NCBI RefSeq assembly: GCF_006345805.1
Contig: NC_043010.1
Coordinates: 57,970,001 to 58,034,000, forward strand
Origin: Octopus sinensis
Lineage: Eukaryota
Length of the DNA: 64,000 bases
Direction: 5' to 3'
Position numbers and translations under genes: made by a program. Position 1 is the first letter of the stretch; each line of letters opens with the position of its first letter. The notes beneath the pieces are model-generated. The model did not search any database and was not told where the DNA came from. It saw nothing but the letters and a program-made list of their open reading frames with translations. Positions 26,095 to 41,317 of the stretch are shown in pieces.

Positions 26095-27293
26095 AACTGC
26101 GTGACTTTGGCATAGCTGGAAAACTTGGAGAGAGGTTACATGACTTCCTGAAAAATAGGAGTCAGACAGTTGTGGCTAATGGAGCCACCTCTATGAACAC
26201 ACAAATAGTGAGCGGTGTTCCACAGGGCACTGTCTTGGGACTACTGCTTTTAATAGTGGCCCTCTCAGATATGCCCTTAAATGCCTGGATAGCCACTCTG
26301 GCGAGCTATGCAGATGATACAAAAGTCTTGCAGAAAATACAGAACCCCAGAGATATTGCACATCTGCAGCAGGAGTTGGACTCAGTTTACAGATGGGCTG
26401 AGGATAATAATATGCAATTCAATGCTGAAAAATTCCAAGCCCTGTACTACCAGCATCCAAAACTGAATATGAAACTTACAGGGTACACCGGTCCACAGGG
26501 AATTTCAATCCCAGAGCCTAAGTCAGTGAGGGACCTAGGTATCGACATGAGTGATGATACCTCTTTCCAAGTGCACATTACCAGGATGGCGACAAAGAGC
26601 AGACAACTGGCTGGATGGATCCTAAGAACATTCAGAACCAGAGATAAGGAAACCATGATGGTCCTTGCGGACATTTATCCTCAGCCACCTGGATTACTGC
26701 TCACAGCTATGGTCACCCACCAGTGTGAAATTATCAGCGGACCTTGAAGCAATTCAGAGAAGCTTCACAAAGAAGATCGTCTCTTTGCAACTGCTCAGCT
26801 ACTGGGAAAGGTTGAAACAGCTAAGACTCTACTCCCTGGAGAGAAGACGCAAGAGGGATGCAGTAATATATATCTGGAAGATCCTGGAAGGAATTGTGCC
26901 AAATTTTGGCATTGAAAGCTACACCAATGCTAGAACGGGACAACACTACATAGTGCCAAAGATCCCAGCAATGCCATCACGCTTCAGGACCAGTTACTGC
27001 AATAGCCTGGGTTTCAAGGGCACACAGCTTTTTAATATTCTCCCAAAGTCTGAGGAACTTGCACAAAGTAGATGTAGGGGGTTTTAAATCAAAGCTGGAC
27101 CTCATCCTGTCAAGAGTCCCAGATGAACCTACCTCACTGCAAGAGGTGCAAATGAGGGTAGCTATATCAAACTCCATTCTTCCCCAAGTACCACATACTA
27201 GAGGAGGGTCTTAGTAATAACAGTGTAGCAAAACGGCGGTGCATCAGCATGGCCGCAGCTCTGAGCTGAAACTAGAGAAAGAGAAAAAAAAAA
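26095..27293 (+). mobile_element. 5'-truncated CR1-like LINE (RT domain to 3' tail), frameshifted
   Basis: SGVPQGTVLG, SYADDTK, MQFNAEKFQ, HLDYCSQLWSP, YWERLKQLRLYSLERRR; ends ggcggtgcatcagcatggccgcagc..gaaaaaaaaaa. Confidence 0.95.
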
Positions 27294-27330
27294 TGTATAC
27301 ACACACACACACACATATACATAAATGTGT

Positions 27331-27366
<36 letters not shown>

Positions 27367-27612
27367 TGCAAATAAGAAAGTGGAGAGGATACAAAAATGA
27401 CATACATCAGCCAGTAAACATACTTGAATGTCTACCGGCTGATATATGACACTCAACTAAGAGATTGCCACACAATGACGAGCACTTGGGTATGAATAAT
27501 TGGGTACCCTACCAGCAATATATATTGGATAAGTACCATCCCTTAGTTGGTTGGTTTAACAACCTCCAACTCACACAGATTTTGTGAGTGTGTGTGTGTG
27601 TGTATATATATA

Positions 27613-28186
27613 TGAGGGTGAGTCAAAAAGTAATGTCATTTTGTTTAGGACAGATATAATTGCCAATACAGGAACATGTATCATACATCAAAATGGAGCT
27701 GGTCCTGATCCTCTGTGGATCACATCCCTACTTATCAACATAGTCACTGTTTCCCTCAATAGCAATGTTCCACCTTTGAATTAGAGCATGTATCCCTGTC
27801 CCGTAAAATTCTGTTGATTGTTCTTTGAGACACTTCTTCACTACAGTTTTCACTTCCTCGTCACTGGAATAATGCTTGCCTTTCAAACCCTCTTTCATGG
27901 GGCCAAAGAGATGATGGTCTGAAGGTGCTAAATTATTCCAGTGACGAGGAAGTGAAAACTGAAGTGAAGAAGTGGCTCAAAGAACAGTCAACAGAATTTT
28001 ATGGGGCAGGGATACATGCTCTCATTTGAAGGTGGAACATTGCTATTGAGAGAAACGGTGACTATGTTGAGAAGTAGGGATGTGATCCACAGAGGACCAG
28101 CTTCATTTTGATGTATGATACATGTTCCTGTGTTGATAATTATATCTGTGCTAAACAAAATGACATTACTTTTTCACTCACCCTCG
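27613..28186. mobile_element. Mariner-derived palindromic MITE made of two transposon 3' ends (~260-bp arms)
   Basis: TA|tgagggtgagtcaaaaagtaatgtc ... gacattactttttcactcaccctcg. Both arms encode the transposase C-terminus (SSDEEVKT..WNIAIE.N.DYV.K*); the 58-bp spacer extends the minus arm (LAPSDHHLFGPMKEGLKGKH). Confidence 0.92.
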
Positions 28187-29759
28187 TGTGTGTGTGTGTG
28201 TGTGTGTTTGTGTGTGTGTATATATGTATATCTATCTCTCTCTCTCTCTATATATATATATATACACACACACACGTATCTTTACACCCATATATAAATA
28301 TATACACTTGTCCATATAGAGATCCCAACCCTCTGTCACTTCTACCATTTCACTATATGTTTCATCAGGGGTCTTCAAGTCCTCTTCTCTCCCACAACCA
28401 ATCATAAAAAGTCAGGGTGGGGAAAGTGGAATTCTTTGTTGTCATTAAAGAGTTCCTTCAAATTTCTGCAACCCATTTTTTATTCTGGCTCCTTTTAGAG
28501 CCCCCAGCTTTTCTCTTAATTAGGTTACCATAGTTACAAAAGCAATGAATGATGTCTGGGGGAGACTTTCCAAGCATTTTAGGGAATATGATGTAAATGT
28601 ACATCATGTGTGTGCATGTACATGTAAGTATACATACATGTACATATGTGTGTACATACACATATACATACACACAGTCATCATCATCCTCATGGAACAT
28701 CTGCTTTCCATGCTGGCATGGGTTGGACAATTCAACAGGGATCCAAAAACCAAAGACCCGTATCAGGCTCTAATGTCTGTTTCTTGTTTGGTTTCCACAG
28801 CTGGGTGCCATTCTTAATGCCAACCATTTTACAGAGTCTACTGAGAACGTTTTATGTGGCACCAACCCCAGTGAGGCTACCTTGCACATAGCGAAACCAA
28901 GGGCCTAAAGGGGACCCCTATAACTGAGAGAGAGAGAGAGAGATGATTTTTTTGGCAATATGGTGAGAAAGAGCAGGGTATGGTGAGAGGATCAGTGTTG
29001 TAGTTGTGAGAGAGTAGTAGTGAAGAGAGTGACAGTTGAAGGAAGAGGGGCAAAGGAAGAGGGAACTGATGGGATTGAAATGAGAAAGGGAGTGAGAAGG
29101 GAGTGGTGAGGCTGATGAGGTGTGTTGTGTGCAGGTGTGTCCAGGGCCATCATCCTACATTATGATATTGTTCATTCATACTCACCGTTATAACATTGGA
29201 TGGATGGAAAGAGCGGAAGAAGGGAGCATGGATGAAAGAAAAGAGGTAGAAAGAGAGAGAGAGAGATGGTTGGGTGCGGGGGGGGGCAAGCAAGTAAGCA
29301 TGGTGAGATGAGAGCTATGGTCGATAGAGTGATAGCTGAGGTGAACAGGGAAACAGAAGGTGGACAGAGACAGAGTGATGAGGAAGGAGCAACAGAATCT
29401 CTCACACAAAGGTTGAGTGAAGGATGATTGGGTGGTATGCAGGGTGGCCAGTCATAGTGTGGTGGGGGAGATAAGTGCCGGAGGGGTATGAGTGAGGGAG
29501 AGATGAGATGATCGAAGTGAATAAGAAAATGGATGAAAGAGGGTGCAGAGGGTAGCAGGAAATATAGGCTTGGCAGGATATAGATATATACACATGTACA
29601 TACCAATACACATATACACTTGTGTGTGTATGTATATATATATATATATATACACATACACACATACACCCACACATATACATATATGCATTTACACCAA
29701 TGCATATAAATATACACACATGTGCCCATATAGAGATCCTAGGCTTTCTATCATTACTG

Positions 29760-30990
29760 TAGTTTCCCCCATGGCTCGTCAGATCTTCGTCCCTCCCCAA
29801 CTGGTCACTACAGCTTTTTGTCATCTCTGTTGCAAGATGCAGTGTCACAACTTCATTATATGTTTTTTCCCCCAGTTGCCTTCTTGGAGTGCAACAGTGT
29901 TTATTCTTCACATCACATCCCCCATAACCAGGGCCTCTCTTGCACACCCCATCTCATTCCTTTTAGACACAACTTTCTTCTCAGCTCATTTCCACTTTGC
30001 TGTTCAGACACATCCAGGGGAGAAGGTTTATTTCATTTCTTTCCAGTCGATGCAGACTTTCTGCATCCAAAGCATTACCATGCAGCATCACAGTCCTAGC
30101 ACAAGCATCCTACAATCTACCTTTCACTCTGAGGGAGAGGCAAAGGTCTTCACTACAAGCAGAATTTATAGTAGCACCCTGAACTTTTCCCACCCCATTC
30201 CTTCCTTGGCTACTTTATTCACAGAACAACCACCTCCACTGCAAGTCATAGCATATAAAAAAACAAAAATTACCAGTTGTCTCCATAGAAGCATCTGGGT
30301 ATTTCTCAGAATCTATTTCTGGTGTATTCCTATTGCATCAACACATCTATCACACACAAAGCTTACTTGGTTAGTGTGTCTATGAATCCATTACATCTCT
30401 TGGATGTCCCTAACTCACACTGGATACACTTTGTCTTCACACATCTTCTCAACAGATCAAGCAAGGTCATCTCCCTCAACATACCAGACTTCTATCTTCT
30501 TTACTATTTCCTAACACCTCAGTCTTTGTTAAATTCACTTTTGGGCCTCACAATTCTAGATTTTACTTCCATGCTTGGAATTTCTTCTATAATTCCGCCA
30601 GAGATTTAACTATAAGAAGCTGATGGTCAGCATAAAGGATTTCCTTTGGACAGCTGGTCTTAGACTCTTCTTTGATGACCGGTAGGACAATAACAAATAG
30701 AAGACGCTTGAAGACTGAATTGTCAGTGGATTCCTGTCTCCACACTAAATTCATTGCAGACCTCTTGCTAAATCTCACATCACACCTTCCTTTGCAGCTT
30801 TTATAAGTTATTCATCTACAACCAATTTCCTCAGTGGCCACCAAATTACTAGGCATAGCACCTGGTCAAAGGCCTTCTCCAGGTCAACGAATGTCAGATT
30901 CAGTGCTTTACTCTTAGCCAAGTACTTCTCTGGTTGTTTCCTCATTACAAGGATTGCCTGTGGGGGGCGACCAGTTCCACAGACTTCTCC
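29760..30990 (-). mobile_element. Decayed RTE-clade LINE RT and C-terminus
   Basis: QPEKYLAKSKALNLTFVDLEKAFDQV..IWWPLRKL and LLFVIVL..CPKEILYADHQLLIVKSLAEL (YADD-like); the downstream part resembles the RTE C-terminus. Confidence 0.85.
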
Positions 30991-31296
30991 CATCTTGTTT
31001 CCTTTTACTGGTTTTTTTCTTCTGTTTTTTACACACACATATATCCATATGTATGTGTGAGTGTGTATATATATTACAAAACAAAAGCAAAAGCAGTGGG
31101 AATGAGAATACGTAATATGTTCACATGCATATGTATATAGGTATGCGTGTGTGTTTGTGTTTGTATGTGTGTTTGCATCTATGTTTGATATTGTAAATAT
31201 ATGCATTACATTTACATGGATGTGAATGTGTGTATATATATATATATGTGTGTGTGTGTGTATATATATACAGAGAGAGAGAGAGAGAGATGTATC

Positions 31297-31332
<36 letters not shown>

Positions 31333-32814
31333 TGTATCTGTATATATATGTATATGTGTATATATATGTATGTATATGTGAATATATGTACGTATATGTG
31401 TATATATGTATGTATATGTGTATGTATGTATATATATATATTTATGTATATTCATGTGTGTATATATATATGTATATATATATATCTATATATATATGCA
31501 TGTATATGTGTATATATACATATATGTATGTATACATGTATATATACATATATGTATGTATACGTGTATATATACATATATGTATGCATATGTGTATATA
31601 TACATATATGTATGCATATGTGTGTGTATATATATATATGTACGTATATGTGTGTGTATATATATATATGTGTGTGTGTGTATTCTTATACATGTATGCA
31701 TATAACCATGTCTGTCTGTCTATATATATATATATAGATTATATATACACAGTGTTATCTGTGTTAGTTGGAGACTGCTCAGGTCTCTTTGTCTTGTGAT
31801 GTTGTCATAGTAACAGCCGCCACCCCCACACCACCCCCACTACTATCATACCTGCACTCACCTTTTTATTATAAACACCTACCTATCATACACACATACT
31901 CACAACATAAATATATATATATACATAAGAGATATGTATGTATGTATGTATGTATTATATTTAATGGACTTCACTGTGAATGGGATGTGATAAGCTATCC
32001 AATTACCATATTAACACTGGTATTGAGTAATGGTATTGTGCTGGTGGTGGTGGTGGTGGTCTAATCACACCCACCCACATCCCAGGTCAGCTGTGATGCA
32101 GCCATTCCTGTGGTGACCAACACCTCTGTTATCTAAGTCACTTCAATCTGTAGATTGGGGATGATGTAAGGAAAATATGACTGCTGTTTCTAGCACTTCT
32201 GACCTTATAAGCTACCTAGTTGCTGTTGTAGTGGTGGTGGTGTTGTCTCATGATGGTACAGAGGTTGTATTTGTGGTATATGATAGTGTTGTATGTGCTA
32301 GTATAGTGAATAGTGGTATGTTGGTATAGTATATAGTAGCATCTGAAATAGTGGCTATATATATATTTACACACACACTTACACATATACGGTAGTGTTA
32401 TGTGTAGTGGCATTGAGTATTGGTTAGGAGTGGTTACTGCTATAGCCCATACAACAATTGCTCTTGTGGTAGTTGTGGTGATAGGTGAAGTAACTGTTGT
32501 ATTTTTGTTGTACTAGTGGATGTAGTGTAGTGGTGGTTGCGATTGTGGTATCTCTGCTGTGGTTGCTGTGATGTTCTGGTGGTAGTGTAGTTCTGTTCTT
32601 TTTTTTTTTTGCTGGAGTGGTTACTGTCATAATGTCATAGTTGTTGCTACTGTTACAGTACATGGTGTTTGATGTTGTATTGGCTGTGATGCAAATGGTG
32701 GTTGATGTAAGAAGTAGTAGTGGTAGTAGTGGTGATAATACTGGGGAAGAAGAAGAAGAAGAAGAAGTGAAGTTCCATCTGTAGAGTAAGATCAAGTGAC
32801 AATAGAGGTAGAAG

Positions 32815-32845
<31 letters not shown>

Positions 32846-33909
32846 ACAGAGACAGTAACTGAGATAGAAAGAGTGAAAGAGATAGGGAGATAGAGAGAGA
32901 GAGAATAATTAAAGAGAAGGTGGCTAAAGTGTGCCAGGAGGAGAGACACTTCTCCAACAACAACAACAACAATGACAACATCAACAACAACAACAACAAG
33001 GAAGTGAAGAAGGAATAAATCTTACTTGTTCAGTTGTGTCCATGTTTTTATATATCCTGTGTAATGGTGATGACGGCGGCGGCGGCGGCAGCGGATGAGG
33101 TGGAGGAGGAGGAGGAAGAGGAGGAGACGGTAGCGTAACGGAGGGGAGTAGGGAAGTGGTAGGGGTGTGTGGTAGTGTTTAGTGATGGTAGTGAGGGGGA
33201 TGCTGGGTGTCATGTGCCATGTACTATGTGGAGGTGGTGATGGTGATGGTAGTGGTGGTGCTGAGGTGTCTAGTGGTAATTTAGTGTTGTCGGTGTGTGG
33301 TGGTGATGGTGAGGGATCCTGTGGTGGTGGTGGTAGTGGTGACGTGTAGTGCAAGGATAGTGTTGTTAGGTGCGATGGTCTAGTGGTATGTAGTGGCAGA
33401 AGCGTAGCGGTGTCTAGGGATGGTATTGGTGTAGTGTTGTATTAGTGTAGTTGTCTGTGGTGGTGTTGGTGGTGTAATGTAGTCTACTGCAGTGTGGTGT
33501 GGTGTAGTGTTGGATTCCTGTCTGGTGGTTGTTCTCAGAAGCGTGTGTGTGTATGTGTATATGCGTGCATATGCATATATATATACATATATATATACAT
33601 ATATATATACGTGAGCATGTGCTTGTGTTGGGAGGGGGCAGGGGTAGGGGAATGTATTTTCACTGTGGTTATTATTCAGCCCCAGGGGGTCAGCCCTGAT
33701 CAGGCAGACCTAGGATCAAAGGTAATCCAACTGTGACCATCCTGATGATTTTTAGGGATATCTAGGACTACATTATCTAATGCGTCCGTTCATTTCTTTT
33801 TTTTGTTTCTTCAGACAATAGAATGTGATTTGAGGGTGATTTGGCTGCTATTCCTATCAGGCCGGTTGAGTGACACGCAGTGGCTTTCTCCGTAATGCAT
33901 GTATGCATA

Positions 33910-33948
<39 letters not shown>

Positions 33949-34438
33949 CATGTATATATATATCTTTATACATATATATACATATATATATATCCCGGTG
34001 TGAAGTTTGTCTGTGACTGTTAACTGTTCTTGTGACTGTAGTACAACTCAGTACAGTGGAGAGAGATGGAGAGCAAGAAGGCAAGGAGAGAGAGAGAAAG
34101 AGATGGTGATAGACAAACAGAGAGGAATATAAGCTTATATGTATATATATGTATGTATACACAGACAGACAGATGTAGAGATGATGGAGAGTAAGAAGAC
34201 AAGAGGAGAGAGAGACAGAGGCAGAAAGAGAAGGAGAGACAGAGAGACAGAGAGACCGGCAGAGGAAGAGTCTGAAAGAATTATGGATAAACAGAAGGAG
34301 AAAGAGAGCAAGTAGAGAGCAAGAAGAGATGGAGAGGTGCATGTGAGGAAAGAGGTGGGTGGAGATGTGTGAAGTGGAGAAGAGTGGGGCGAAGTGGTCA
34401 GGCGACAGTAAAGCTCAGACCGACAGTGGTATATGCAT

Positions 34439-34470
<32 letters not shown>

Positions 34471-34574
34471 GTGCACACATACATACTTACATATTGTGTA
34501 TGCATGCATACACACAGATATAATCACAGCTATAATACAAAGTAATGGGGGATACACTACTGAACATTATATAT

Positions 34575-34611
<37 letters not shown>

Positions 34612-36251
34612 CTTGTGTATGTATGTATATTTATGAGTGCATGTATGTGAGTAACTGACTATGAACAACATACAAATGACACATTAATAAATATATATAA
34701 TCACATACACACATACCTATATATACATACATATATACACAAACACACACTCGCACACACATATATATATATGTATGTATATATAATTTGCGGATAAACC
34801 TAATCTTGAATGTGAGATATAGTTTATGTATTTTTACTAAATGTGGATATTGATAGAAACTGGCATCTCTCTCTCTCTCTCTCTCCTTCTTTCTTTCTCC
34901 CTCATGATATATATGTACACACACACACACACACAATAATATAAATATATATGCACACATACGTATGTATGCCTGTTTGTGCCTTTCTATATTCAAACAC
35001 AATGTACAACCACACTAACACATGCCATTCTGTGTATAAGCAATTGACTGATTTCTCTATTTTACTGCATTTTTACACTAAAAAATACACATGTATGTAT
35101 GTGTGTATATCTATATCTATGTATGTATATATGTGTATGTATGTATGTATGTATGTATGTATATATATGTATATGTGTATATATATATGTGTATGTATAT
35201 ATATGTATGTATATATATATATGTGTATATACGTGTGTATATATGTGTGTATATATATATGTGTATATATATGTATATATATATGTGTGCATATATATGT
35301 AGATGTATGTATCTTTACGTATGTATATGTACGTATACGTGTATATGTATGTATTTATATGAATGTGTATATATATATATATATATATACATACATACAC
35401 ATATGTAGGTTTGTGCCTGTGCATGTGAGTATGTATGAGTGTCTGTGATGGAGTTATCTATACACATGGGGCTAAAGTTAAATGACCCCAATAGCATTGA
35501 ACCTCAAGGAGATCCCTATATTTCCAAACCCTAATCTTTCTCAACTTCATCTGCCACATCATACATCACATCTGGCGCCTTACACTAAAACTCCCTCCGT
35601 CAATGGATCTGTCACAACATCATCCAGTTGTCTTGATCTGGCTATAGTACTTTGCAGCCAGCCCAGATCCACCCACCACGTCTGCTCATCTCACAACCCA
35701 TCCATTAGTCTATCTACCTGACCACATCAGTTGATCTCTCTCTCTCTCTCTCTCACTACACTATCCGGCATTTTTAATTTACCTCATTACACATCACACC
35801 TGTTGATTTATTTATTGATCAAATTGCCTGTCCAGTCTGTCTGTATATCTGTCTGCCTACCTGTTTGTCTTTCTGTTGATCTATGGACATGTCTATCTGA
35901 TAATGCAGTCTAGATAGGACATTTGTAATCCCTAGTTGAGAAAATCATGGAATATTTCCAGACCAGTGATTTCCTAATACCCTATCATACTCCATTGCTT
36001 GCAGATCTTTTGTGTAAAGTACAACACACACACACACACTTGTACACACACATTAATGGTTGTATTATGTTGAACTATGATAAGAACAATGTTTAACTGA
36101 ATAATTATTTAATATATTTTGTAGAATGCATGTTTATTTTGCTTTTATAAGGATAATGAAGACAGAGGTTGCGAAGCTTTGATGTGGATGTTTTTGTCAG
36201 ACTAGGCTAGCAGGCTGAAACTTCAAAGTCCCTGTCATCCCTCCTCTTGTA

Positions 36252-36291
<40 letters not shown>

Positions 36292-36296
<5 letters not shown>

Positions 36297-36621
36297 GCGT
36301 CGCCTCACTGGCACGTGAACAAACCATTCAAGCGAGGTCGTTGCCAGTCCTGCTGGACTGACTCCTGTGCAGGTGGCACATAAAAACCACCATTTTCGAG
36401 CGTGGCCATTGCCAGTACTGCCAGACTGGCCTTTGTGCCTGTGGCACGTAAAAGCATCCACTACACTCTTGGAGTGGTTGGCGTTAGTAAGGGCATCCAG
36501 CTGTAGAAATTCTGCCAGATCAAGATTGAAGCCTGGTGCAGCCATCTGGTTTGCCAGCCCTCAGTCAAATCGTCCAACCCATGCTAGCATGGAAAGCGGA
36601 CGTTAAACGATGATGATGATC
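36292..36621 (+). mobile_element. Family C long copy with internal tandem ggcac(g/a)t..aaa units
   Basis: Three degenerate ggcacgt/ggcacat blocks precede the RTE-type tail acgttaaacgatgatgatgat. Confidence 0.85.
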
Positions 36622-38333
36622 CATATACATATATATAGCATACACATATTTTTACATTTCGTATTGAGATCTACATAAAAAAATGTCTATTCTGAGAGTG
36701 TACATGTGCACACAAGCACATGCATATGTTTCTAGGGGTATATAAATATATATGCATTTGTGGATGTATATGAATATATAAAGTGTGTTGTGGAGGTGGT
36801 CGGCTATTTATGTGTGCGCATCAGTGAACTGCATTTGTCCAGCTGGGAGCCTGCTTGGGTACTCAGACCCCATCCAAACACATTCCACTCTACTCCTCTC
36901 TTCACATCTATCCATTCTCTGATGTACTGCATTGTTGTTTGAACCCCTGGACCCCAAGCTAGCCTTGTACTTTGACCTTGAAGCTCAACCTTGTTCACTG
37001 TGTCTTCACCTCACCCCCACATCTGCTCCCTAAAAGTACACTGAGAGCTGATGTTGATGGACAATTGATGATGAGAGAGGAGTCAAATAGCAATGATGGG
37101 GAATTTGACAGACAATGGTGAGGAGAAGGGGATTTGTGTAAGAGAGGTAGGCAGACAGACAGACAGACAGAGTGTGTATTTGTGTGTCTGATGAATATGA
37201 TCATTATTTCATGTGAAAATGAATCAATAACACAAGTTCCCATTCTGACTGCCCATGACGTGAGCAGATTGAATATTCTTATGCTTTGACTTGGTCCTCC
37301 ATCTGTGCTGACCTCACTACCATCTGTACTATGGGTACCTTTGTAGAGTGCTCTTTGTGGCAAACCTTTGTACCAAGTCCCCAATCTGAGGACAATACTC
37401 TCTTCTTCCTCCCTTCAACATCAAAGGCCCTGAAAACAGGGTTCATAAGGGGTAGTGCCCAACATCTTGGGATAATGTCTTAAAAGAGGGATGGAACTCA
37501 GGGTGTGAGTGAACTAATGACAGTATTTCACTGCTTCCTGTTTAACCAATTTTGAGGAAACGAAGGACATTGTTAACCCTGGAACAGTTTGAACTATTGA
37601 TTGGGTGGTTGACAAGTTGAGACTAGGGTCAACTATATACACCTCTGTCAATGTTCTGAGTGCAAGAGATGACCAGACAAGTACTGGTAGTGACCGCTAG
37701 CAGTCTTATGGCAGTTGGGTGCAAAGGAATGGATTTTGATATCCTTAACACTTTGTATAACAACTTGGGTCACAATAATGCTGTAGACATTGAGGTGTAC
37801 ATGCATGTCCATTCTCTCCAAGCATCGCTAAAAACCTGGATCCGGAATTCCCAGCAGTTGTCTCATGTCTGAAGAAATCTCTAGAACACACAAGGATCAA
37901 TCAATTAAATTGATCCCAGAATGCAACTGGTATTTGATGTTATCAGTTCCAGAAGTGTGAAAGCCAGACTTCCATGAGAATTGAAATCAGGCTGGAAATA
38001 CCAGGAGTCTCCAGGTATTTTGTCCTACACCCTAATCATGGGCCCAAATCCTAGGCTGGGACAAATTTAAATCTAAGAATTCTGCACTGTGTCTGGAGTG
38101 GAGCCTGGAGTGGAGATTGCAGGGAAAGAGTGAGTGGTGGTTGAAGACTAAAGTATTTCAATGGGGATTAATGGTTGAAGGAATTCAGCTTGTGTTCCTA
38201 TCCCTAAAAAATTGTCCCTGGCTTTGAATGAGCCTTTTTATTAATTTAGTTGTATAGCTTTATAACTGTATGTTTGTGTGTGTATATGTGTATGTATAAT
38301 GTATGTATATCAATACACACACATGTATGTTTG

Positions 38334-38411
<78 letters not shown>

Positions 38412-40006
38412 CATACACATATATAAAATGTATGCACACATATATAAACCATGGTACAAGTAAAACTATTGTTATTCTTGTTAATTAATGTTTTAAATCA
38501 ACATCATCATCATCGTCATTATCAACCTAATCAATTCTAACAGCAGTTATCTGGTGTTCATGGTACCTAGCAGTGGTGGTCATGGTGTGGAGGGGTAGAG
38601 GAGATGGTTTGTGGCCATTTTGTTGGGTGCTGCCAAACTAGGTCCTACATCTGAGATCCTCTCATCCTTCTACACACACACACACACACGTGTGTATATA
38701 TGTATATGCATATAAATGTATGTGTGCATATATATATATTCATACATATAGATATATGCATATATGTTTGCATACATATAAACATACATGCGTACATACA
38801 CACACACACACCTATGTACATTTATATACATAGCGTTATATATACATGTATAAGTCTCAATCCATTTGTTCATACATATATCATTCTCCAGAATGGACTT
38901 ACACAACCACCAGTGATAATAGCAAGAGTACCTCCACCACGACCACCACCACGACCACCACCACCACCTCCACCACCACCACCACCACCTCCACCACCAC
39001 CACCACTACTAACATTGTACTTGTCACTCCTATTGTTCCACTAGAAACCTGAAATCGTTCACAGACTCTCAGATATCATTTTACTCTTTCTTTGAACAGT
39101 GTGATGACGATGGGAAAGTGTATGTGGTGGGGATGCCGGGGGGGGGGATAGCGAGGAGAGAAGAAATAAGGACAATGAGGTAAAGAAGGAGAGAGAGAGA
39201 GAGAGAGCCAGAGAAAGAGAGAGAGAGAAATGTGAAGAGATCAATGAATGAAGGAAGGAAGAGGAAGGAGATAAAAGGGAGGAGTGGAAGAAGGTAAAGA
39301 GAGCAAGGAGGGTGTTCTATTTTTAGCCAACATCTAATGGAGAGTAAGGGTGCAGGGGGAAAGCGAGGGAGAGAAAGTAGGGCAGAAGTGGAGAGCATGG
39401 TATGTTGATGATGATGACGACGATGAGGATGATGGTGATGACGATGGTATTAGTGATGTTCCTGGTAGTAGTAGCAGTGGTGGTGGTGGTGGTGAATGCA
39501 GGGGTTACGGTGCAAGCAGCAGGGGTTTGGTACAGTCCAGTGGATGAGCGAGGTGGTAAGGGACTTGTATGTTGTTCCATGTGCATGCGAGCGTGTGTGT
39601 GTGTGTGTGTGTGGCAGCGGGAGCTGGAGGTGTGGCAGGAGGGGATGTTGTTATCACGTGAGCGCCAGTGACTGGGGAGGGTCGTGTACAACAACACGAC
39701 GACTGCAGCCAACTCCACTGCTGCAATTGCTGGCACCAACACCACCACCACCACGACCGTCAACATCATCATCAGAATCACCACTACAACCATTATTAGA
39801 GCCACCACCACCACCACCACCATCTTCATTATCATCATGACTTCAAAACATGACATTATTTGCAAATGAGCTCAGTCTATTCAACTATGTGTGTGTATAT
39901 ATCAAAATGTCTATATACATATATGTGTGTGTGTGTGTAGATATATATTTATATATATACACACATATATAATTATATATATTTCTATATGTATACATGT
40001 ATGTAC

Positions 40007-40037
<31 letters not shown>

Positions 40038-40544
40038 TAACGATACGTATATATATGTGTGTGTGTATAGATATGTAATATATATATATATATATATATA
40101 TATGCATACATGCATATATAAACGATGATGATGATCATCATGATATATATGTGTGTGTACAAATTTATATGAAAATATTCATCATATATATTGAGAATGA
40201 AATTCATGCAAAGTCTATTTATTGAAAACAAAAAAATTTTATAGATGGATATATATATAGTATGCATATGTGTGTGAGTATGTATGTGTATATATATATA
40301 TGTACATGCATGCATGTATTTGTGTATATACATACACATACATATATATATATAGATATATTTATATATATGTATATATATATCTATTTATCTATGTATG
40401 TATATATATGTGAATGGGTGTGTATAAGCTTCGATTGATTTACAGTTTATTCCATTTACATTATGCATACATACACACATATTTACGTATATTCATATAT
40501 ATGTATGTATGTATGCATGTATGCATAAATGTATATCATGTATG

Positions 40545-40576
<32 letters not shown>

Positions 40577-41165
40577 CATGTATATATGCACCAGAAATTT
40601 GTACATACATATATATTTACATGTGTGTCTGAATTGTATGAAACCGTACCTGATGCATTTCCCAGCTCATTTACCAGGTGTGGGGGAGGGGTGGGAGGAA
40701 GTAAATAAGCAAAGACGGGGTGGGGGGAGGGGGGAGGGGAAACTTGTTGACATTGAGGTGGCTGTTGCATTCTTCTATTGCTCCTGGAATCTACTTTCTG
40801 CTTACACACACACACACACACACACATCCACTGTAGTTGTTATACTTTTAAGATGTTCAGCTATGGGGGGTGGGGGCTGAGGTTTTATCTTGTTTTGCTC
40901 CTTTAAATTGTAGTTGTTTCTGCTGCTGTTGTACCACACCGTCCCGTCCACCTTTCAACCCAGCAATCCAAAATGGTGGTGGTGGTGGTGGCCGTGGCTT
41001 GGGATTAGGTGTTAGTTGCAGCTGAAGTGTCTTAATATTGACCATCACAGCAATGATGATGATGACGGTTATGACATATGGATATATATATATATATACA
41101 CACATATATATACACACATACATACATAGTTGAATATATATATATAATATTACATGTATACATAG

Positions 41166-41200
<35 letters not shown>

Positions 41201-41317
41201 TATAGATTACATGTATATACATAGGTATTTATATATATATATGCATATTTAAATATTTATACATACATGCATGTATGTGTACACACACGCAATATATATA
41301 TATGTATATATATATAT

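Noticed and set aside
29745-29790. Minus-strand CUGACGA..GAAAC-UACA-GUA hammerhead-like string
   Set aside because: Stem II lacks the G-C closing pair, stem I has only 2 bp, loop III is not palindromic, and it sits at the decayed RTE end; likely chance.
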